A stretch of DNA of 62,018 nucleotides, counting the filler, from Kipferlia bialata (taxonomy: Eukaryota): NCBI GenBank assembly GCA_003568945.1. It is 4 parts of 4 records of this genome, joined end to end, with 100 filler letters (N's around TTAATTAATTAA, not from the genome) between each part and the next. Parts side by side here need not be neighbours in the genome. Positions count along the whole stretch, not along the records: positions 1 to 22,887 come from BDIP01000274.1; positions 22,988 to 45,872 come from BDIP01000275.1; 2 more parts are not named here. One strand, written 5' to 3'. Shown here in pieces: positions 15,301 to 24,754 of the stretch. Position numbers and translations under genes: made by a program. The notes under the pieces are model-generated. The model did not search any database. It saw only the letters and a program-made list of their open reading frames with translations, and was not told the DNA's origin. Each line of letters begins with the position of its first letter. The first letter of the stretch is position 1.

Positions 15301-16312
15301 TCATAGTATATACTATACTGTATATGTATGTATGTATTGTGTATGTGTGACCCTAATTGCTAGGCCCAACTGCGTCCCCCTGTCTGAGAGGGATGTCCTC
15401 AGCATTGATGCCACGGACAAGAAGGACAGGGCAAGGCTGGCCATAGCTAAGGTAGTTTATATATACATATCTGTATCTTTATCTATATATACATTATGTA
15501 GTAGTATATGTGTATAAGTATCGATGCCACGGACAAGAAGGACAGGGCTAGGCTGGCCATAGCTAAGGTAGTATATATATATATATAGTATGTATAGTGA
15601 TATATGGTATATANNNNNNNNNNNNNNNNNNNNNNNNNNNNNNNNNNNNNNNNNNNNNNNNNNNNNNNNNNNNNNNNNNNNNNNNNNNNNNNNNNNNNNN
15701 NNNNNNNNNNNNNCACAGGTATATAACTGTTATATATAAATGTAGTATAATATTGTATATATATATATATGGTATCCATGGTGCAATGAGTGACAGATTG
15801 ACAGGGGGAGGCAGCAGAATACCTAATTGTTACAATACAGGTATTTGTGTAGTATATGTGAGTATGTGTTACATGTATGTTTTTCAGTATTTTGCATGTT
15901 CTATATCCATGAGTGCTAGAGTCACAGGGGGCGATACCATGATACCCCCGCAGTATAGTACATTATATATACACATTTGAATAGTAAGTACTCGCATAAT
16001 CGTCTATCCTCATTCCAGGCTCTGCCACCCCCCAGCATGCCACGGTGTGTGACAAGGAGCACAACATGCTGACTGACTGCCCAGTGCTATTCGTGCACGA
16101 GGAGGATGGGGATTGTACGTATAGTAGTATGTACACAATCACTCACTCAATTGTATATGTAATTAGTAATTGCATGGATATGCACATATTTGTATATATA
16201 TATTTGCTGCCCTGTTTGTACATGAAGTAGGTGGAGGTTGTACGTATATATATATACGTATATATAGATATATATAGATATATTAGTATTTGTAATTGGT
16301 CCATCCCCGCAT

Positions 16313-16347
<35 letters not shown>

Positions 16348-19300
16348 TGCACTCCATATATATAGCAGACTCCTTCCATATCTCACCTCACCATCAGCCC
16401 CATCCCTAGTCGAGTCCCTCAAGTACAAGTACCATGAACATATATGAGTGTATAGATGTTAATGCATTTTAAATGTATATACACTATGTATATACCCTTA
16501 ACCCCCAGCCCCCTCTCTAGTCGAGTCCCTCAAGTACAAGTACACAGGACACCTCAGCCAGACTCTCCTGAAGGTATGGATCAATATATAGATCCTTGAT
16601 AGTTCATCATCACTAAATCAACTGCTATATATTAATATACACATATTTGTTTGTATACATATATGTACGGGGCGACTCAACCAGACCCTCCTGATAGTAA
16701 GAGACAATGTGTTGACTCTGAACATAACCAATCAATTGATGACCATTCATCAAATACCAAATGATCAAGCAGGAAATTGATTTCTCTACTTTCACAATCA
16801 ATCAATTGATGAATATTCATCAATTAATCACTCAGGAGATGGTCCAGACTGGCAGGGTGAGCCCTGTCCTCAACAGACAGACGGGGCAGTACACAGTGCA
16901 CGATAGCAAGCTGAGGTCATATGGATATATAGCTACTGCAATATTACATATACATAGCATACACATATATTGTATGGGACAGACAGGCCGGACAGTACAC
17001 AGTACATGACTCAAAGCTCAGGTATATATATATATGCATGTATACTATATGACATATATACTTGAGTATTAGTATTGTTTGTATTGAACAGACAGACAGG
17101 GCAGTACACAGTCATGGACTCTAAGCTAATGTAATTGTACTCTCTCTCTCGCTCTCTCTCTATATATATCCCTCTACATCCTTAATACCAGGGTGCGTGC
17201 CCTCCCCCTAGGCAGAGGTGTCAGCTCAGTGCTCTATGACAGTCCTCTACCTGTATCTCCAGATGGAGAGGGAGGTGGTGTCAAGGACCCCGAGCCCTCT
17301 CCCATGCCCAACGACTCGCCATTCGACCTGAGGTATTAGTGCACTAATTGTATATACTCTATATTTGTGCTGGGGTATTCTTATATGTGTGTACCCCATG
17401 CCCAACGACTCAGGTAGTCTCTCTCTTTTATCTTTTCTCTCTCTATAATAGTATTGTGATATCTTACCCCGGCCACCTGGCTGATATGGACAAGGAGAGA
17501 GAGAGCATTCATATATGTATATATTACACTCATATACATATCTATAGAAACGCATACATGTATATATTTTGTGGCTAACTCCAGCCACCTGGGTGACATG
17601 GACAAGGACAGGGAGAGCATTCACCTATATATATATATATATATATATGTAAATATACACGCGGGTGTATCTATATGAATACAGATGTCTCACTCCAGCC
17701 ACCGTGGTATTGTATATTTAGATGTATATATATATCAACACCTAACCCCAGCCACCTGGGTGACATGGACAAGGAGAGGGACAAGGAGGCTGAGACTGAG
17801 ACCTGTGAGTGCATGGATGACATTGTACTGGTTGTAGTAGAGAGGGAGATGATGTCAAGGCTGTCACCTATGGTTAAGGTACATATGTATTATGTATATA
17901 TATACATATTCATATATTATTATATGCATGGATGACATTGTACTGGTGGTGGTGGAGAGGGAGATGATGACACGGCTCAGCCCTATGGTCAAGGTATATT
18001 CTGAGATATATATCATACATATCCTATATATAGAGTAATACATCTATATATCGATGACATTGTACTGGTTGTAGTAGAGAGATGATGGGTAGACTCTCTC
18101 CCATGGTCAAGGTAGACTAACCTATAATGACAAAGCTCAGTCCAATAGTATAGGTTTACCAAAACATTCTTATATATGTATAGACCATCGCACGTATGGT
18201 TCTAACTCTAGGCCTGCCTGTCCCGCCCTGTCGTGTCTCTGCTCTGTATATATACACACACAATCATATGTATAGACCTGAATATATTAGTATATGTATA
18301 CATTAAGTGTTGTCTAACGCTAGGCCTGTCTGTCCCGCCCTGGTGTGTCTCTGCTCTGTATCGATAGGGCACCCATTGTCAGCAAGACAGTGTCCAAGGA
18401 GGACAGGGAGAGAGGCGTCGCCTCAGAGGTATGTATCGATACAATTCATATATATGTATATATATGTATACACACACACACATATATAAAAATATATATA
18501 TATATATACACAATATATATTTATACGTCCATGCAATGAGAGCTTCAAAGAAGGACTGAGAGAGACAGGTTGCCTAAGAGGTACCATTTCTTGACGATAT
18601 GTCTACATACCTACTGCATATGCTCTATCTGTACTCACCATCAGGTCCTGTCCCTGCTGACCTCTGTGCATATATACCTCTGTCGATGCTATATATACTT
18701 TAGACTGTATATATCAGTATCTAACTTGTAGGTCCTGTCCCTGCTGACCTCTGTCATCTGTAGTATACAACTTTTGTATATATATATATACCCTGGAATA
18801 TAGTATACAATAACTACTATGTGTCTTCTGACCATCAGGTCCTGTCCCTGCTGACCTCTGTACATAGATATATATACTATCGACTGTATATATCACTATC
18901 TAACATGTAGGTTCTGTCCCTGCTGACCTCTGTGCATAGGTACAGGGAGGGTAAGGCGGCAGACCCCTGGGTGGACAGATGCGTGGTGGCACTGCCTAGG
19001 GTGGATGCAGAGGTATGGGTATTGTGTATACAATACAGTTTGATATGTCTTACCCCAAGATCTCTCCCTGAGGTATATGCCATATATATATATATATGTA
19101 TATCATATGTATAATCAATGAGCAAGTATCTTATCAACAGGACCTGCCCCTGAGGTCAGTGGCTGAGGCAGTGGCAGAGGACAAGGGCGCTAAGGTATAG
19201 TATACAGTGTGTGTAGCATATATGAGTATATGATATAGATGTGATATTCTATGTTATGTGTATATGTATGGCAGAGGCAGTCGCAGAGGACAAGGAGGCT

Positions 19301-20485
19301 AAGGTAATGTATTGCATATATTGCATCTTCACTTGACCTCTATTGACCTTCCTTGACCAATATTGACCCCCCAGGCCCTCCAGCCCTCCTTCATCAGTCG
19401 TGTCGACAGTCTCCCCGGACGTACTAAGCCTAGTAGGAAGAGGAGGATATACACCATAGAGCAGATGCTGGAGTGGGGTGAGTAATGTATATATAATATA
19501 TGTATGGGGGAGGGGGGGGGGAGAGAGAGAGGAGGATATACTCTGTGGCACCTATGCTCTGGGAGTAGTTGTTGTATGTCTACGTATATATATGTGCTAT
19601 TCATAGTGCCTCACCCCAAGGTGCCATGCCCGAGAGCTGGAGACCGCCCACTGTGGCATCACCGCTAGGTACAGTCTGTCTCTCTCTGTCTCTAAATACA
19701 TCACTATATATTTACATTACTATATATACATTGCCACACCTCTCTTACCCCGATAAGTATGTGTATTATTTCTATATACGTTATACCCTTCCTCTCACAG
19801 ATACATATATATTACAACATCATCCATCTCACCCCCCAGGCATGGATGGTGAGCTAGAGGTTGTTGCTGACGGAGAGGGAGAGAGAGAGGGCGACATCCT
19901 CCAGAGATTTGTGGTACGTGGCTCTTCTTCTACACCCTCAATTCCTCTCCTACACCCTTATATCAGGTTCCCGATACTGAGGAGAGCTACAGAATGCTCT
20001 ATCTGGCCCAGGTCGCCAACAAGTACGAGTAGTAACTATTTCATATTTATATTATATATTATATATATTTTCTACATACATATAGATATGTAATATCACA
20101 TTGGTTTGACCCTGGTGTAGATAGTGTATTAGGTATACTTTTATGCATCTCTTATCTTAGGTCCGGTCCCCTCCTCGCCAAGGGTGCCTCCATCCCTTTG
20201 CAATAACTATCCAATTGCATATATACATTAATATAGTATAGTATATCTCTTACTGCTAGGTCCGGTCCCCTGCTTGCCAAGGGTGCCTACCTTATTACCC
20301 AATAACATAGTACATATTAATAATAGTAGAATGTATACATCGGTGTATATATATCTCTTATCCTAGGTCTGGTCCCCCTTGTTATATTTTCTTTCTATAG
20401 TAATAGTATATACATTAATCCTAGGTCCGGTCCCCTACTGGCCAAGGGTGCATCCATCCCAAAGCCACCCAGGCACAAGAGGTAG
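120..20485 (+). CDS. Large multi-exon (~60 short exons) hypothetical protein, 5'-partial, with Glu/Arg-rich and Pro/Ser/Thr-rich segments
   Basis: Hand-spliced GT-AG exons are mostly phase-consistent, e.g. 934-974 (RDGDPHFRQVVETQ), 2505-2565 (SITNKFWFGGITFLQARVHR), 8319-8429 (...DFIDMLFDAFPQ), 17752-17878 (...MMSRLSPMVK), last exon 20425-20485 (SGPLLAKGASIPKPPRHKR*). It crosses an N gap at 15614-15713 and a few junctions (near 240, 4589, 7559) are uncertain. No domain recognised. Confidence 0.75.
1040..1490 (+). repeat. Half-exon echo cluster around exon SGLKQYQVKGREYTMYIVV (1157-1213)
   Basis: Upstream cag|tccggtctcaagcagtaccag at ~1040-1063; downstream agagagtacacaWtgtacattgtggtg|gtacgt at ~1292 and ~1391; cattgtggtg|gtacg at ~1476. 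Confidence 0.95.
15614..15713. other. Assembly gap (100 N) inside the large orphan gene
   Basis: Run of N without the linker motif. Confidence 0.95.
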
Positions 20486-20816
20486 AGGTATAGGTAGAGA
20501 TATGCTCTATACTCTTAGGGAGAGGGAGAGAGAGGAAGTCTTTTAGAGAGAGAGCCACCCAGGCACAAGAGATAGAGAGGGAGAGAGAGAGAGACAGAGA
20601 CAGAGTCAATCCACCCAGACACAAGATGTAGAGAGGGAGAGAATTCAAGACTCTTGTCTATAAGATTGTTGAGGTCTGGGGACTCTCAGTGTGTAGTAGT
20701 GATCGTCATATATGGTTTTTAGAGAGAATGGTACGAATAGATTAGTTAGTTTAATGTGTCTAATCATCAGATTCTATTGAGCTTGATGGGCTTTGTGCTC
20801 TATTATATCTAGCATT

Positions 20817-21843
20817 TCAGTGGAAACAAGACTTCATCAGATCCTCCACACTTGGTCTCTGTTCTATAGGTCCTAGACACCTATCAACAAGAGCAGTCTC
20901 GGCACCAGACAGTGATGTCTCGTCCAAGGTCTAGTGTCAGTCATGAAAGTAGCATGAGAGACTATACAGCAACCCTGGCTCAAACAATATTGCTTAAACT
21001 GTGTGAAGCCTAGTATTACTAGGCTAGTAAGTGACTAGGCTTGTACTAGTAAGCAAGACGTGCCTATAACACAGTGGGTATTGAAACTACACTGTGTAAC
21101 CGAACTGAAGTCTCCCGCTAAGAGATACACACTCTTCATACCTGTAACTCGAGATAAGAGTATCTCACTCTTTCTCTCTCATATATATAGTGAGATGGGA
21201 CTCAACACTGTAAGTTACACTGCAGAGTATATACATATACTATACTAACACATACCTGTAAGTCTGAGCCTGGATCCAGTGAGTCATCACCTGGAAATAG
21301 CCTAAGCACTATCCTGCCATACCCATAGACATCAGCTGCCACATCCACTGGATCTACACCCTTCGTGCCGGACTCTACAGACACATCAAAGTCAGTAAAC
21401 ACTACACGAGGCACATTACCATCTCCATCATGAGATACCAGTATGTTCTCAGGCTTGATATCCATGTGACATACTCCCCGTGTATGCATATCTGCTAAGG
21501 TCTCTAACACACGTCTTGCTATCCCTCTCCTTACACTCACACATGGCCTATACTCTGTCAGATACTGGTCTAGATCTGAGTCTAGTCTCTCAAGCACAAG
21601 ATACGCTCTATGGCTACCATCCTCACTCTCTTCTAGTAGGTACCCGTGACAATATACAGTGTAACGACTGCCCTGCATTATTGAGTGGACTAAGAGCTCC
21701 CTCTGTAGCTTGAGAGACTGCTGAGGTTGTGACAAGTCATACTCCTTGAGCATGACATGTCCATATGCAGGGTGGGTACCAGTGTGAATGGTTGCCCTAC
21801 CAGTGGAGTGGTGTGGATGGGGGGCAAAGTCACTCAGTGACAT
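20817..21843 (-). CDS. Divergent Ser/Thr-type protein kinase, 2 exons (21843-21256, 20930-20817)
   Basis: VMLKEY (beta3 Lys), YLVLERLDSDL, HMDIKPENILV catalytic loop, DFD, ADVYGYG. The second exon follows acceptor ctgacactag and encodes LVDRCLGPIEQRPSVEDLMKSCFH*, matching subdomain XI. An upstream exon is possible. Confidence 0.85.
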
Positions 21844-22826
21844 GTTCAGCTGATACCTATCACACTCAAAACCAAGGGTAGGCGGAGAGTCAACCAGACC
21901 TGGCGCTGCGAATGTGAGTTAATTGATTTCTTGTATATAATCTATGTTGAAACACATGCTATAAATGTCTAAAGTAGTGAGAGCGAGAGAGAGAGAGAGA
22001 GGGTAGGGGGGAGGGTGGGGGGGGGGGGTCTCAATAAACAAAAGAGTTCGGAATTAGTGGCTTTCTAAATAGTATATACTTCGGAGATACATTAGCTCGG
22101 AAATACAGAATGTGATTGTGTCACTATACTTGTCACATTGATATGTATGGTACCTTCTGACTCAGAATATGCGCTTTGCACCGTCGGAACAGACCAGAAT
22201 TCCTCTTCCTCACACAACTCATGGTCTATCCTGTACTGTTCCATTCATGTTCTCCCCAGATATATATGACTGGTAGATAAAGCGTGCTTCGACGAAGCCC
22301 GTCGTGACAGTTAACAGTGAGTGAGAAAGGGTGCAGTACATAACGATAAACATTGTTTTCACGTTTTTGAGTGAGGGGTTCAGTCACTCTACAGCTCGTC
22401 TGGTAGCGGAGAGTGGTGGCGTTCCTTTCACCCTCTCACTGTGTCACCTTAGCCCTATCTGAAAGAGAGAGATGTCCTGCACGGCAGTAGCTGGCCAGGA
22501 GCCCGAGGATGCAGAGGTGTGTAGCAGTGTGCGTGTGTGTGTAGGGAGTGAGCGGTTGATTAGCGTGTCTACTGTGTGGGACACTAAGTGGTTGAATGAG
22601 AGGGAGGGGGACACTGTGTGTGTTCACTATTTACCGTTTATGCTTCTTTGAACTACCCTTGGATAGGATGTTGTGTAGTAGTGTAGTAGTGTTGGAGCCA
22701 GACCAGTCTGTCCTACTTACTCTCTACACAATCACTTTCCATACATGTACCGCTGTCTTAATCTTCATCTTACACCCTATCAGAGTGTGTTTCTAGTTTC
22801 TGGGTTAGTGGAGAAGTCCGGGATAT

Positions 22827-22882
<56 letters not shown>

Positions 22883-22887
22883 CCCCC

Positions 22888-22987
22888 NNNNNNNNNNNNN
22901 NNNNNNNNNNNNNNNNNNNNNNNNNNNNNNNTTAATTAATTAANNNNNNNNNNNNNNNNNNNNNNNNNNNNNNNNNNNNNNNNNNNN
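22888..22987. other. Artificial scaffold linker (44 N + TTAATTAATTAA + 44 N)
   Basis: An identical 100-nt construct with stops in all six frames occurs three times in the window. Confidence 0.97.
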
Positions 22988-23229
22988 AGATACCGATGTT
23001 GGTTTAAAGTACATATTTGGAGGTTTTACACCACACCAGTGCTATAACTGACACCAATAGGGTGTGTAGGCACCTCCAAAGTGTATATATAATTATATAA
23101 TTTTTATATATTCTCAATTTTTATATATATAAAAAATATATAGCTCGCCCAGCCCTAAAGCCCACCCAGTACTGCTATACACCTCTGTCAGCTAGTTATC
23201 AGTAGAGACCCTTTACTGACACCCACACC

Positions 23230-24165
23230 ATGTCCAGTATCGATGTACACATATCCAACCTCCCCCAACAAGTAGATGCTCTTGTGCGCATAGGTGACGA
23301 CCAAGCACTGGTGATAGGAAAGAACCCGGACCCACACATAGAGGGAGAGTGGATATATGTCTCAGTGGTGCTCACACTCCTATGTGATGGTACCATAGAG
23401 AGTGAGGCACCAGTGCTCTGCCCTATTCCCGGATCTACTGAGCAAGTCTCTGCATGTGCTCTGGGCAACGATGTGTATGTGTTTGGTGTACTATATACAC
23501 CAGAGAGAACATATATCAACGACATGTATCTGTACACCACAGACATGGGAGAGTGGAGTGTGGTACCTAAGGTAGGTTCTTGCCCACCTGGTGTGTTTCA
23601 GCTATCAACCTTCTCCATTGACGGTATCATATACCTGCGCGGACACACACCCACCCCTCCCTATAGAGTTGAATTCTGGAGGTATACGTCAGATACCAGT
23701 TGGGAAAGAGTCATGCTGTCAGAAAGGAGCGGCGTAGATGAATTCTGCTGTTGTGTCACGGTGCAAAACAGAGCATACCTGATTCACATAGTATTTGGGG
23801 GAGTGAGCATGTTCACACCTCCTGCGTCCTTGCAAACTGAACATACGAACCTGAGAGCAAGCATTCTGGCAGCAGTGGTGTATGGGAGGTGTGTAGTTGC
23901 TACAATACGGCATCTGTGGCACAATGCACCAACAGAGTACATTGACCATGTGTATGATACTGTATCAGGTGAATGGGTACACTCTCAAGAGTCGGGGTGG
24001 ATGGACATATGTAACCTGACTGACTATGGCTGGCACATATGTATGATAGGGCCTAGCACTATGCTCGTATCTGCCTCATGTTACGGAGTGGTATTTGATA
24101 TGGATTTGACACTGGGGGAGAAAGAGAACACAGAGATGGACGTATGGTTTGAGTTGACGATATAG
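23230..24165 (+). CDS. Intronless kelch-type beta-propeller-like protein (311 aa)
   Basis: Clean ORF with kelch-like blades: VSACALGNDVYVFG, MYLYTTDMGEWSVV, FWRYTSDTSWE, HVYDTVSGEW. Confidence 0.8.
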   Translation: MSSIDVHISNLPQQVDALVRIGDDQALVIGKNPDPHIEGEWIYVSVVLTLLCDGTIESEAPVLCPIPGSTEQVSACALGNDVYVFGVLYTPERTYINDMYLYTTDMGEWSVVPKVGSCPPGVFQLSTFSIDGIIYLRGHTPTPPYRVEFWRYTSDTSWERVMLSERSGVDEFCCCVTVQNRAYLIHIVFGGVSMFTPPASLQTEHTNLRASILAAVVYGRCVVATIRHLWHNAPTEYIDHVYDTVSGEWVHSQESGWMDICNLTDYGWHICMIGPSTMLVSASCYGVVFDMDLTLGEKENTEMDVWFELTI

Positions 24166-24754
24166 TAAGCCGAACTTACTGGTGCATATCAATCACGATA
24201 ATTGAAAGTACACCACACTATACCGAATTCCGAATCTTGTCTGTACTATATGAGATTGAGATGACTACTAAACACTAAATGTGTTCCGCACTTGATATTT
24301 ATGAACACATGCTAGTAATTGTATTGGTGAATGGAAAAGATAGAACCCTCACTATGGGGTATAGGCATGCATCTCCTCCAAAGGCCCTAGAGAGCATGTA
24401 TGTAGGATACCTGTTAGTATCAGGCTGTTACTCATCTCATCTTTGATCAGAGGCCGTTACTATATACCATATGTAGTCTAAGACAGACTCTAATAGAGTC
24501 ATATACAATGTATACTATATATACCACATACGCTGCATAGAGTGACTCTATGCAATACAGAAAGTCTATGTAGAGACACTCAGCGCCCAAATATCTAACA
24601 CCAGTCGTCTCAGACGGTAAGAACCTCAAATTAGTGTTGGCGCATTTAGGCCTTCCAGGTGTTTTAGTATCGAGTAACATGATGTATAGAGAGGACCTGC
24701 AATCTCTATTGTGTGGGAATGTGCGATAGTATCTGATGTTCTTTGGACATCGTC

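Noticed and set aside
218..20093. Many short Y/I/C/S/L-rich ORFs in the ORF track
   Set aside because: They are translations of (TA)n, (TC)n and (TG)n intron sequence; only the embedded exon parts are coding.
22888..22987. TTAATTAATTAA motif repeated three times in the window
   Set aside because: Always centred in exactly 44+44 N: a synthetic six-frame-stop linker. Gene adjacency across it is meaningless.
23010..23085. Short inverted repeat tttggaggt/acctccaaa upstream of the kelch gene; also the agcctagta/tactaggct hairpin near 21007
   Set aside because: Only 9-bp perfect arms, single copies, no target-site duplication; too weak to call a MITE or terminator.
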